Shown here: piece by piece, positions 10,762-19,359 of the stretch | Layout of the letters: each line of letters starts with the position of its first letter | Numbering within the stretch: the stretch's first letter is position 1 | Assembly (NCBI GenBank): GCA_902599655.1 | Contig: CACKGC010000005.1 | Coordinates: forward strand, 3,175-67,174 | From: an uncultured Fidelibacterota bacterium | Lineage (GTDB): Bacteria > Fidelibacterota > Marinisomatia > Marinisomatales > Marinisomataceae | Length of the DNA: 64,000 nt | Direction: 5' to 3' | Made by a program: the position numbers and the translations under genes | Notes under the pieces: generated by a model | What the model was told of the DNA's origin: nothing | The model's input: the letters and a program-made list of their open reading frames with translations, nothing else | Databases searched by the model: none

Positions 10762-11055
10762 ATGGAATCAAATAAAAAACTAGTAAACGTTAGAATATTT
10801 GGACAGGAGTATCCAATTAGAGCTTCTTCAAATGAGGATTATATTAAAGAAGTTGCAGCTTATGTAGATAAAAAAATGCATGAAGTTCAACGATCAGTTC
10901 CATCTTCTATGAATGCATCAAAAATAGCTATTTTAGCAGCCATGAATATTTCTGATGAATTATTTGGTGCTCGTCGAGGTGAATACTCATTTAAGGGTGA
11001 AGTTGAGTCCAAAGTAAAATCGTTAATTGAACGAATAGAAGAAATTACAGATTAG
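10762..11055 (+). CDS. zapA: Cell division protein ZapA
   Basis: 97 aa. VRIFGQEYPIRASSNEDYIKEVAAYVDKKM resembles ZapA family N-termini. Confidence 0.8.
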   Translation: MESNKKLVNVRIFGQEYPIRASSNEDYIKEVAAYVDKKMHEVQRSVPSSMNASKIAILAAMNISDELFGARRGEYSFKGEVESKVKSLIERIEEITD

Positions 11056-11066
11056 GGGATATCGTA

Positions 11067-11936
11067 ATGGAAACGTCTATACTGTCTGGCTTAGAAGCCA
11101 GTAAAGCTCTTTATTTAAGCCTTGAAAGCAGAATTAGTCACTTAAAAGATCGTGGCATTATGCCTGGATTAGCTGCAGTATTAGTTGGTAATAATCCTGC
11201 GTCTGAAATATATGTAAAAAACAAGACCAAAAAATTTGAATCTTTAGGGCTTAAAACTGAAGTATTTCGATTAGAGGAAACAGTATCTGAAGACGAATTG
11301 TTGTCTTTAATAAGTAAGTTAAATACAGATTCTGAATTTCATGGTATTTTGGTACAATTGCCGCTTCCAAAACATATAGATAGTGAAAAAGTCCTTAATG
11401 CAATCATTCCTACAAAAGATGTAGATGGATTTCATCCTGAAAACGCTGGTTTATTATCCATAGGTAAGCCTAGGTTTGTGCCATGTACACCCAAGGGCAT
11501 AATGTTTATTTTAAAGCATTTTAATATAGATTTAAATGGCAAGCATGTAGTCGTTATCGGTAGAAGTAATATCGTTGGTAGACCCATTTCTATTTTAGCT
11601 AGTTTAAAAGAGTTAGGAAATGCCACTGTAACGCTTTGTCACAGTGGAACAAAAGATTTAAAGTATTATTCAAAACAAGCAGATGTGTTAGTAGCTGCTT
11701 TAGGATCACCAGAGTTAGTAGACAGTTCTTATATCAAAGAAGGGGCATGTTTAGTTGATGTTGGTATAAATAGAATTGAAATAGATGGAAAGTCAAAGAT
11801 TGTTGGTGATGTCAATCAAGACAGTGTAACTGGTATTGCAAGTTCGTTAACACCTGTTCCAAAAGGTGTTGGACCAATGACGATTGCTATGTTGGTAGAA
11901 AACACCGTTTTATCAGCTGAATTATTGTTAAATTGA
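11067..11936 (+). CDS. folD: Bifunctional methylenetetrahydrofolate dehydrogenase/cyclohydrolase
   Basis: ASEIYVKNKTK, GILVQLPLPKHID, VVVIGRSNIVGRP and TPVPKGVGPMT motifs. Confidence 0.95.
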   Translation: METSILSGLEASKALYLSLESRISHLKDRGIMPGLAAVLVGNNPASEIYVKNKTKKFESLGLKTEVFRLEETVSEDELLSLISKLNTDSEFHGILVQLPLPKHIDSEKVLNAIIPTKDVDGFHPENAGLLSIGKPRFVPCTPKGIMFILKHFNIDLNGKHVVVIGRSNIVGRPISILASLKELGNATVTLCHSGTKDLKYYSKQADVLVAALGSPELVDSSYIKEGACLVDVGINRIEIDGKSKIVGDVNQDSVTGIASSLTPVPKGVGPMTIAMLVENTVLSAELLLN

Positions 11937-11957
11937 TTTTTATTAGCAGGAGATATA

Positions 11958-13745
11958 ATGTATAAAAAATTACTATTTATAATTTTACCATTTCTACTTT
12001 TTTCGTGTACTTCTAATGTAGATGAAGCAGAAGTTAAAAAGGCACGTCAATTCTTTGAATCAGTATTTCAAGATTCAGTGCTTGATAGTCCTGAATTCCA
12101 AGCATCCTTAGGTTATAAGTCAAATTATGATAAATGGGATGATATCACTTGGCAAAGCTCAAGAAGAAAAGCTAAGCAAGCTATTGATGACTTAGCATAC
12201 TTAAGAGAGAATATTGATTTTGAAAAGTTGGATGAAAATACAAAAATCAGTTATCGTTTAATGGAAAAAAGACTTCAAAGAGCTATAGATAATGATAAGT
12301 TTATCTTTCATGGATACATGATAACTCATCGAGGGGGAAAACACTCAAGCATTCCATCCTTTTTGATTAATTATCATAAAATAGACGAAGAACAGGATGT
12401 GAAGGACTATATTGGCCGATTAAGAAATGTTGAACCATTAATGAATGATTTGATAGAGCAGCTAAGATTAAGACAGGACGTTAAAAAAATTGCTCCTGCA
12501 TTTGTATTTCCTCAAGCAATTAAAACATCCGAAAATATCATATCAGGATACCCTTTTGAAGAAACCAAAAAACAAAACGTTATTTATGCAGATTTCATGA
12601 AAAAGTTAAATGATTTGGATATTTCAGATGCCAAAAAGCTTCGATATCAAAGTGAAGCTGAGGCAGTGTTATTAACAATTGTTAATTATTCTTACACAAA
12701 ACTAATAGATTTTCTTAAAGAACAGCAAAAATTAGCAGATAATAATCATGGAGTTTGGAAGTATGAAGACGGAGCAGATTACTATCAACATACACTTGAC
12801 GGATATACAACTTTAGGGTTGACTGCTGAGGAAATTCATGAGATTGGTTTAAGTGAGGTAGAAAGAATTCATGGAGAAATCTATGAAATTATGGAAAAGG
12901 TTAACTTTGATGGCACCTTAAAAGAATTCTTTGATTTTATGAGAGAAGATGATCAGTTTTATTATCCTGAAGGGCCTAAAGGGAGACAAATGTACTTAGA
13001 CCAGGTTCAGGTAGTAGTAGATACGCTGTCTAATCGTATTGAAGAACTGTTTTATGGGTTACCATCTATTCCGCTTCAAGTTAAGCCTGTAGAGGCTTAT
13101 AGAGAAGCTTCAGCGGGTATTGCATTCTACCAGCGCGGTCAAGCAGATGGAAGCAGACCTGGAACGTACTATGCAAATTTGTATAGAATGAGAGATATGC
13201 CGATATACAAGCTTGAAAATTTAGCCTATCATGAAGCAATCCCAGGACACCATATGCAAATTTCTATACAGTTAGAAGTCGAAGATATGCCAAGTTTTAG
13301 AAAGTATGGTGGCTATAGTGTTTATGCTGAAGGTTGGGCTTTATACTCAGAGACTCTTCCAAAGGAAATAGGGCTTTATAAAGACCCATATTCAGATTTT
13401 GGAAGACTTTCAGGAGAGCTTTGGAGAGCGTGTAGATTAGTGGTAGATACCGGTGTTCATCATTATAAGTGGACTAGAGAAGAAGGAATAGACTATTATA
13501 TGAATAATACAGCTAATCCAGAAGGAGATTGTATTGGAATGGTTGAACGACACATCGTGTGGCCAGGACAAGCTGTGTCATATAAAATTGGTATGATAAA
13601 AGTGCAAGAGCTCCGTGCGTATGCAGAACAAGAATTAGGAGATAAATTCTCTATACAAGAATTTCATGATGTGGTACTTAGAAATGGTAGTGTAACCATG
13701 GATATTTTAGAAGATATTGTTTATAGTTGGGTAGATAGTAAATAA
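11958..13745 (+). CDS. DUF885-family lipoprotein (putative metallopeptidase-like)
   Basis: Lipobox LLFSC. YHEAIPGHHMQ motif and length are typical of DUF885. Confidence 0.75.
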   Translation: MYKKLLFIILPFLLFSCTSNVDEAEVKKARQFFESVFQDSVLDSPEFQASLGYKSNYDKWDDITWQSSRRKAKQAIDDLAYLRENIDFEKLDENTKISYRLMEKRLQRAIDNDKFIFHGYMITHRGGKHSSIPSFLINYHKIDEEQDVKDYIGRLRNVEPLMNDLIEQLRLRQDVKKIAPAFVFPQAIKTSENIISGYPFEETKKQNVIYADFMKKLNDLDISDAKKLRYQSEAEAVLLTIVNYSYTKLIDFLKEQQKLADNNHGVWKYEDGADYYQHTLDGYTTLGLTAEEIHEIGLSEVERIHGEIYEIMEKVNFDGTLKEFFDFMREDDQFYYPEGPKGRQMYLDQVQVVVDTLSNRIEELFYGLPSIPLQVKPVEAYREASAGIAFYQRGQADGSRPGTYYANLYRMRDMPIYKLENLAYHEAIPGHHMQISIQLEVEDMPSFRKYGGYSVYAEGWALYSETLPKEIGLYKDPYSDFGRLSGELWRACRLVVDTGVHHYKWTREEGIDYYMNNTANPEGDCIGMVERHIVWPGQAVSYKIGMIKVQELRAYAEQELGDKFSIQEFHDVVLRNGSVTMDILEDIVYSWVDSK

Positions 13746-14056
13746 TGATCATCATAAAAACCAGCACAGACAGTCACAAGACAATGAAAGTTATTGCCAA
13801 TGCCTTGCTTAATAACAAGCTTGCTGCTTGCGTAAATATGATTCCTCGCATGCGTTCAAAGTATATAATGGATGGAAGAATTACCGAGTCAAGAGAGGTA
13901 ATTTTATTAATTAAAACAACTGAAAAATTGGAAGATAAAGTCTATAAAACTATTAAAGAACATCATAATTATGAAATACCTGAAATTTCAACTATTCAAA
14001 CTTCAAATGTTGATAAAGATTATGAACAATGGCTTAAGGATTTTGTTGAAGAGTAG
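13745..14056 (+). CDS. cutA: Divalent-cation tolerance protein CutA
   Basis: 103 aa. LAACVNMIPRMRSKYIMDGRI...LLIKT pattern. Confidence 0.8.
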   Translation: MIIIKTSTDSHKTMKVIANALLNNKLAACVNMIPRMRSKYIMDGRITESREVILLIKTTEKLEDKVYKTIKEHHNYEIPEISTIQTSNVDKDYEQWLKDFVEE

Positions 14057-14058
14057 GT

Positions 14059-14184
14059 ATGAAATTAGAAGAATTATCTGAAGCTACTATTTTAAAAACC
14101 GTTATTGTAACATTATTGTTAATCATGATTATTACTGCAATTGTAGTAATAGCTATCAAATATCCTGAAATAGGTGTCCAGTGA
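14059..14184 (+). CDS. Possible 41-aa single-pass membrane peptide (not in ORF track)
   Basis: ATG at 14059, 2 nt after the cutA stop. Product is MKLEELSEATILKTVIVTLLLIMIITAIVVIAIKYPEIGVQ. Its TGA overlaps the GTG of the next gene (GTGA). Confidence 0.35.
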   Translation: MKLEELSEATILKTVIVTLLLIMIITAIVVIAIKYPEIGVQ

Positions 14185-14822
14185 GCTTAATAGACAGTTT
14201 AAATTGGAGATATGCTACCACCAAGTTTGATTCATCCAAGTCTATTTCAGAGCGTGATTTAGAAAAATTAAAAGATATTGTAAAACTGTCACCGTCATCT
14301 TGGGGGTTTCAGTTTTATAAAATTTTTGTGATTACTGATCCAAAGTTAAAAGAAAGGTTACTTCCTGCAGCATACAACCAAAATCAAATTATTGACTGTT
14401 CTCATCTTTTTGTTTTTTGCAGCTATAGAAGTGTGTTTGAAGAAGATATAGATCAAATGATAGCAGAGTTCCACAAGTTGAGAGCTAATGATGATAACTA
14501 TAATAAGGAAAGTACAGATAACTACGGTGCTGGAGCTAAAAAAAGTATTTTAAATATGGAGCCTAATCGTCAAGCAGAATGGCTTAAAAAACAGTGTTAT
14601 ATTGCATTAGGTCAGCTCATGGTTGGTTGCGCAGATATGCATATAGATTCATGTCCAATGGAAGGGTTTAAATCTGATGAGGTAGATGAGATTTTAGAAC
14701 TACAATCTCAAAATTTAACATCCGTAGTATTGCTACCTATGGGATATCGCAGTTCAGATGATAAGTATCAGCATAAAACCAAAGTGCGAAAACCGAATAA
14801 TCTTCTTTTTGAAGATAAATAA
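14181..14822 (+). CDS. Nitroreductase-family NAD(P)H oxidoreductase
   Basis: LNWRYATTKFDSSKSISERDLEKL...SPSSWGFQ...HIDSCPMEGF pattern. GTG start. Confidence 0.8.
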   Translation: MSLIDSLNWRYATTKFDSSKSISERDLEKLKDIVKLSPSSWGFQFYKIFVITDPKLKERLLPAAYNQNQIIDCSHLFVFCSYRSVFEEDIDQMIAEFHKLRANDDNYNKESTDNYGAGAKKSILNMEPNRQAEWLKKQCYIALGQLMVGCADMHIDSCPMEGFKSDEVDEILELQSQNLTSVVLLPMGYRSSDDKYQHKTKVRKPNNLLFEDK

Positions 14823-14834
14823 ACGTTAAATTGC

Positions 14835-15995
14835 ATGGCTATGGAAACTTTTTTTATAACATTATTTATCATTGTTTTTTCTGTTGCATTGGGGTTAATT
14901 GCATACACACTCTACGGAATGTCCAAAAAAATGCCTACTTCTAGCGATGATAAAGAAGATTTATTAAACGAACGAGCAAGTAATATTGCAGTTGATGCGG
15001 CAAAAAAAGCTTTAGATGAGGTCTTAAAACAAAATGCTGAGCTTCAAAAGAAGGATTGGGATGGATATAAAAAAGACTTAGATCTAACCTTAACACCTGT
15101 AAAAAAATCGTTAGAAGATTTACAAAAAAATATATCTGAGGTAGAAAAAGACCGTGTCGAAGACAAGGGTAAGCTCGACGAAAAATTAAAAGATTTAATC
15201 GGCACTACAGAAAGTTTAAGTAGGGCGCTTACTTCAAGCTCTGATACGGGTGATTTAGGTGAGACAATATTAAGAAATTTAGTTGAAAAAGCGGGGATGA
15301 TTAAATATATCGATTTTGTGGAGCAAACCTCTACTGGCAATAGAAGTATCCCTGATATGGTAATTAACTTACCTGGAGGTGGTAAGATTCCAATAGATTC
15401 CAAGCTCTCATTAGAAGCGTTTGATCAAGCGATGGATACTTCAGATAAGTCCCAGCGAAAAGCATTAGAAGAAAAACACGCAAATAACTGTAGAACCCTA
15501 ATGCGTAACCTATCCAAACAAGAATACCATAAACAATTTGATGGACCTATTGAATTTGTAGTGATGTTTATAGGAAGTGAGCCAGCATATCAAATGGCGT
15601 TAAAACACGATGGAAAACTTTTCTTAGATGGTGCAGATAAGAAAGTATTTGTTGTGTCACCATTGTCTCTATTACCGTTATTAAGTTTAGTATCAGAAGC
15701 ATGGAGACAGTTCCAATTAAGTACAAATGCGAATCAAGCAATTCAAATTGCCAAAGATTTAACAGATCGTTTAAAAATTTATGAGGATAAATATCAAGCA
15801 GTAGGTAGTAAAATTTTAGCGCTAGGTAAAGCATACAATTCATCTGTATCATCATATAATGCTAGATTGAAACCATCTGTGAGAAATCTTCAAAAATTAC
15901 AAGGACAACCTCAGGATTTAATGGATATGGAAAACGTTCCCGTGGATGTGACTCCGGTCATTGAATCTTTAGAAGCAGACAACGAAGAAGAATAA
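14835..15995 (+). CDS. rmuC: DNA recombination protein RmuC
   Basis: N-terminal TM helix, a long coiled coil, then a C-terminal nuclease-like core (PDMVINLPGGGKIPIDSK...VVMFIGSEPAY). Confidence 0.88.
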   Translation: MAMETFFITLFIIVFSVALGLIAYTLYGMSKKMPTSSDDKEDLLNERASNIAVDAAKKALDEVLKQNAELQKKDWDGYKKDLDLTLTPVKKSLEDLQKNISEVEKDRVEDKGKLDEKLKDLIGTTESLSRALTSSSDTGDLGETILRNLVEKAGMIKYIDFVEQTSTGNRSIPDMVINLPGGGKIPIDSKLSLEAFDQAMDTSDKSQRKALEEKHANNCRTLMRNLSKQEYHKQFDGPIEFVVMFIGSEPAYQMALKHDGKLFLDGADKKVFVVSPLSLLPLLSLVSEAWRQFQLSTNANQAIQIAKDLTDRLKIYEDKYQAVGSKILALGKAYNSSVSSYNARLKPSVRNLQKLQGQPQDLMDMENVPVDVTPVIESLEADNEEE

Positions 15996-16585
15996 TGCCT
16001 CTAATCAAACCTTTATCCAACATCAAAGATAAAGAAACTCAAGAATTAGTAACTTTTTTTAATGAAACCTTAGGATTTTGTCCAAATTCTGTTCTTACTA
16101 TGCAAAAAAAGCCACATTTGGCCCAAGCGTTTGTAAATCTAAATAAAGCTGTAATGGATAATGCTGGTTCCATTTCAAGCGAATTTAAGCGCATTATAGC
16201 TTATATCAGTAGCAACACAGCGGGGTGTAGATATTGTCAAGCTCATACGATTAGAGCTGCTGAAAGATATGGGGGAGAAAAAGAGCGTTTGGAGCAGGCT
16301 TGGGACTTTGAAAACAGTAGGCTGTTTAGTGAAGCAGAAAAAGTTGCATTACGATTCACTATTGCTGCAAGCTCTGTACCAGTAAGCACATCACAAGAAT
16401 TAGAAGAGTTATTACAATATCATTGGGATGAAACAGATATCTTAGAAATTATGAGTGTCATCGCTTTATTTGGATATCTCAATCGATGGAATGATGTGAT
16501 GGGTACCAGCTTGGAAGAAGATGCAAAAGACTCGGCTGAAAGCTTATTGCAAAATCAATGGGACATCGGAAAACATGCTACTTAA
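15995..16585 (+). CDS. Carboxymuconolactone decarboxylase / AhpD-like peroxidase-related protein
   Basis: Redox motif GCRYCQAHT in a roughly 195-aa protein. Confidence 0.78.
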   Translation: MPLIKPLSNIKDKETQELVTFFNETLGFCPNSVLTMQKKPHLAQAFVNLNKAVMDNAGSISSEFKRIIAYISSNTAGCRYCQAHTIRAAERYGGEKERLEQAWDFENSRLFSEAEKVALRFTIAASSVPVSTSQELEELLQYHWDETDILEIMSVIALFGYLNRWNDVMGTSLEEDAKDSAESLLQNQWDIGKHAT

Positions 16586-16916
16586 TGTAGTCTAAAGCCC
16601 AATCATTTAACATATCAAATACCGGAACCAATGTTTTACCTTTTTTAGTCAATGAATATTCAACTCTTGGCGGTATTTCAGCATAGATTTTACGTGAAAT
16701 AATATCATTTTTTTCAAGATCTCTTAATTCTCTAGTTAACATATTTTTACTTATACCATCAATACCACGATGAAGTACACCAAAACGATTGATATTTTGA
16801 GCTATTCTCATAATAATTATGGGTCTCCATTTACCACCGATCATCTTCATAGAATAAGTGATAGGGCAGGAGTCTACCGTGCATCCGCATATGTCTTCAA
16901 AACATTGTTGTTTCAT
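16578..16916 (-). CDS. HxlR-family transcriptional regulator
   Basis: CPITYSMKMIGGKWRPIIIMRI...GISKNMLTRELRDLEKNDIISRKIY..IPPRVEYSLT. Confidence 0.9.
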   Translation of the reverse strand: MKQQCFEDICGCTVDSCPITYSMKMIGGKWRPIIIMRIAQNINRFGVLHRGIDGISKNMLTRELRDLEKNDIISRKIYAEIPPRVEYSLTKKGKTLVPVFDMLNDWALDYIK

Positions 16917-17039
16917 TATAATAGTCCTTTATTTGTTACTATATTAAAAAATAGTGCCTACTTGTTAAATTTAATATTACTTGATAATTTTTCATATCGT
17001 TTTTTAAGTACTAATAATATTAAATGAAAGGATAGAAAA

Positions 17040-17264
17040 ATGAGTAAAAAAGAACCTCATGTATTAGATATTAAAAAAGATAAGAATTATGCTTGGTGTC
17101 AATGTAATGAATCAGAAGGTCAACCATTTTGTGACGGAAGTCATGCTAAAACTGATCATCAGCCAATTGTGTTCAAATCAGATACTTCTAAACAAGTAGC
17201 TCTTTGTGGTTGTAAGCAATCTAAAAATGCACCATATTGTGATGGTACGCATTTAAGCTTATAA
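17040..17264 (+). CDS. CDGSH iron-sulfur domain protein (two CDGSH motifs)
   Basis: CQCNESEGQPFCDGSH and CGCKQSKNAPYCDGTH. Confidence 0.9.
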   Translation: MSKKEPHVLDIKKDKNYAWCQCNESEGQPFCDGSHAKTDHQPIVFKSDTSKQVALCGCKQSKNAPYCDGTHLSL

Positions 17265-17273
17265 GGAGAGATT

Positions 17274-17642
17274 ATGAACAGATTAGATTTTAGTCACCTA
17301 AGAGGTGCAGTATTAATGGGTATGCGCCTATTACTTGCTTTCATTTTTATAAAAGCAGGAATGGGAAAGTGGCCAGTAGTTGATGGACAAGGATTAACGA
17401 ATGCCTTACCATTATTCTTAGTTTACCTAGTAGTACTTTTTGAGTTTCTAGGAGGAGTATTTATGATTCTAGGTTTAAAGTTTGAAGAGTTAACTAAAAT
17501 CGGTGCATTAATGATTGCTATTGTAATGGTAGGTGCAGCATACATGCATTATTTTGCATGGGGAGATCCGTTTGCATCCAAGGATGTATTATATCCAATA
17601 TCATTATTATTGATTTCACTGGTTTTTGTAACTGAAGAATAG
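17274..17642 (+). CDS. DoxX-family membrane protein
   Basis: 122 aa with four hydrophobic helices and a LRLLLAFIFIKAGMGK-type N-terminus. Confidence 0.7.
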   Translation: MNRLDFSHLRGAVLMGMRLLLAFIFIKAGMGKWPVVDGQGLTNALPLFLVYLVVLFEFLGGVFMILGLKFEELTKIGALMIAIVMVGAAYMHYFAWGDPFASKDVLYPISLLLISLVFVTEE

Positions 17643-17667
17643 ATTAATTGGTATATTCGCTATATTT

Positions 17668-18078
17668 ATGAAGAAAAAAACTATAATAGCTGTAGTATTA
17701 GTAATCTTATTTAGTGTCTTTATCCAAGAGAAAATAGTTGAGCAGGATATACGCAAGGCTATTGTTTCATACAATGACAAGCCGTCCTTTACTAAAGAAA
17801 CGATTACTGAGGAAGATTTTAACGGTGCAGCTATTACCATTTTTACTGCTACATGGTGCGGATATTGTAAGGGAGCAAAGCAATTGCTTAACGAAAAACA
17901 GATAGCTTACTTCGAAGTAGATGTAGAAGAATACAATATTTCAAAACGTAAATTGAAAGAAATTGGTATTGAAGACTTTTTTGTTCCTCAAATATTCGTA
18001 GATGGTGTACCAATCGGTGGATTTTCAGATCTGAAAAAAATCTTTGGCAGTGATATGCCAGTTCCAAAAGTTTCATAA
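17668..18078 (+). CDS. Membrane-anchored or secreted glutaredoxin-like protein
   Basis: N-terminal hydrophobic segment. TIFTATWCGYCKGAK ... VPQIFVDGVPIGGFSDL. Confidence 0.8.
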   Translation: MKKKTIIAVVLVILFSVFIQEKIVEQDIRKAIVSYNDKPSFTKETITEEDFNGAAITIFTATWCGYCKGAKQLLNEKQIAYFEVDVEEYNISKRKLKEIGIEDFFVPQIFVDGVPIGGFSDLKKIFGSDMPVPKVS

Positions 18079-18097
18079 AATTAACCTTGTATTTACA

Positions 18098-18132
18098 ATA
18101 AAAAAGGCGCCTTCGACTTGGCGCCTTTTTTG
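18098..18132. terminator. Bidirectional rho-independent terminator
   Basis: A-run, then AAGGCGCC (18104-18111), an 8-nt loop, GGCGCCTT (18120-18127), then a T-run. It lies between convergent genes. Confidence 0.8.
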
Positions 18133-18154
18133 TACTCGAGGTAACTAGAGATAA

Positions 18155-18661
18155 CTATTTTGAGTTACTGTAAGCAAGACTTTCGTCTTCGTCAACTTGA
18201 CTGAGCTGTGGTTCAGTCTCATCAATTAAAATATCTTCTACTGCAACTTCGCTTTGTAAAACTTCAAATACTTCGTTGGCGTAATTGGTAGAATAAAGAT
18301 TTCCATTCCATTCAAACGTATTTCCAGGACCTAGTTCGTTTCTAGCTGCTAAAAATGCGTCATTAAAAGAGGAAATAGGGGTAGTTTCAATTACTTCAAG
18401 TGATTCAACATCATCTTGAAATGGTGGCACTGTTTTTGTAGCCATGGCTTCATCATTGACTGAATTACCCATATTGGTGTTATTAACTAATGAGGTAATC
18501 TCTACATCCACAGTGCCTTCATTGCTAAAGCTTTCTGAGATATTATCGGACAGTTCTACTTCTTCGGATTGATCCATTAGAAAAAACAAGGAACCGATGC
18601 ACAAAATTACACCTGCTAACACGAATTTTTCAACATTATTATACATATTTTTTAACTCCAT
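18155..18661 (-). CDS. Hypothetical membrane-anchored protein, paralog A (shared SFxxAFxAARxELGPG motif)
   Basis: N-terminal TM helix FVLAGVILCIGSLFFL. Motif SSFNDAFLAARNELGPGNTFEWNGNLYSTNY at aa 98-127. Acidic tail. Confidence 0.6.
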   Translation of the reverse strand: MELKNMYNNVEKFVLAGVILCIGSLFFLMDQSEEVELSDNISESFSNEGTVDVEITSLVNNTNMGNSVNDEAMATKTVPPFQDDVESLEVIETTPISSFNDAFLAARNELGPGNTFEWNGNLYSTNYANEVFEVLQSEVAVEDILIDETEPQLSQVDEDESLAYSNSK

Positions 18662-18725
18662 TTGTTATGCCTCTTAATGTCGCTTTCATAACTTATATAC
18701 ATTTAACTTTCATTATTGTTTCAAA

Positions 18726-19112
18726 TTATTTTGCAATTTTATTTAAAAACGTATAATTAATCTCGTATTTATCGCTATCTTTATACGATCTCACTGCTAC
18801 AACATCACCCAAGGTTTCTTCTGAAGTATAAGTTTTATTCTCTTTATTCACATCTATCACCTCATCTGCAATGACAATTACAGTTTCATAATAAAAATTG
18901 GTAGTAAAGTATCGATTATTCCACATAAAGATTTTACCAGGACCTAATTCTTTTCGTGCAGCTCTAAAGGCTTCTGAAAAGGAAGTTTGATCTTCTTTGC
19001 GGTATTGTTCAAAGTAATAGGTTCGTTCAATCATTCCATCTCTATCTATACGTTGATTATCATTAAAGTCAGAAGAGAGGAAGGTAAGAAAAATAAATAT
19101 ATTTGTAAGCAT
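18726..19112 (-). CDS. Hypothetical secreted protein, paralog B (shared SFxxAFxAARxELGPG motif)
   Basis: N-terminal hydrophobic segment. Motif TSFSEAFRAARKELGPGKIFMWNNRYFTTNF. Confidence 0.6.
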   Translation of the reverse strand: MLTNIFIFLTFLSSDFNDNQRIDRDGMIERTYYFEQYRKEDQTSFSEAFRAARKELGPGKIFMWNNRYFTTNFYYETVIVIADEVIDVNKENKTYTSEETLGDVVAVRSYKDSDKYEINYTFLNKIAK

Positions 19113-19196
19113 GTAGGCTCCTTTTATTCACCTCAAAATTACTTTCTTGTATCATATACAATTAAAAAAAAATAAAGTTTCAAAAATTATGGGAAC

Positions 19197-19211
19197 ATTT
19201 TAGATCTAAAT
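19197..19211. repeat. 15-nt repeat ATTTTAGATCTAAAT, copy 1 (contains 12-bp perfect palindrome TTTAGATCTAAA)
   Basis: Identical 15-mer recurs at 19272-19286. Palindrome core is at 19199-19210. Confidence 0.9.
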
Positions 19212-19233
19212 AAATATAATTAATGTATAATAT

Positions 19234-19245
19234 AAATTAAGATCA
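19234..19245. repeat. 12-nt AAATTAAGATCA, left arm of an inverted pair
   Basis: Its exact reverse complement TGATCTTAATTT is at 19315-19326. Confidence 0.85.
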
Positions 19246-19271
19246 ATTTTATTAATAAATTAACTTCAAAT

Positions 19272-19286
19272 ATTTTAGATCTAAAT
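19272..19286. repeat. 15-nt repeat ATTTTAGATCTAAAT, copy 2
   Basis: Identical to 19197-19211. Lies 12 nt upstream of a TTGACT hexamer. Confidence 0.9.
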
Positions 19287-19297
19287 TATTAAAATAC

Positions 19298-19326
19298 TTG
19301 ACTTTTAATAATTGTGATCTTAATTT
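19298..19326 (+). promoter_or_regulatory. Candidate sigma70-type promoter for the DGQHR cassette
   Basis: TTGACT (19298-19303), a 17-nt spacer, then TAATTT (19321-19326). The -10 is weak. The spacer and -10 overlap the TGATCTTAATTT repeat arm. GGAGG SD at 19348-19352 precedes the ATG at 19360. Confidence 0.3.
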
Positions 19327-19359
19327 AAAAGGTAAATTTAACTAATTGGAGGAAACAGT

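Noticed and set aside
16770-17027. 85-aa + strand ORF spanning the hxlR 5' end and the divergent promoter region. Similar cases are the 62-aa ORF 18987-19175, the 63-aa ORF 26358-26549 and the 70-aa ORF 30527-30739.
   Set aside because: They overlap well-supported genes or promoter DNA, lack an SD, and encode low-complexity peptides.
18662-18725. TTTCATAACTTATATACATTTAACT between the two paralog genes, as another dif-like sequence.
   Set aside because: Only the CATAA core and AT-rich spacer fit. The putative XerD arm matches about 6 of 11 positions, which is not better than background.
19204-19231. Possible second, degenerate dif-like site at the left edge of the island (ATCTAAATAAA-TATAAT-TAATGTATAAT).
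   Set aside because: Only the right arm resembles the dif-like 28-mer, sharing ATGTATAAT. The left arm matches at about 3 of 11 positions. The region is extremely AT-rich and overlaps the GATC palindrome array, so chance similarity cannot be excluded. It is kept only as a note under the IMEX hypothesis.
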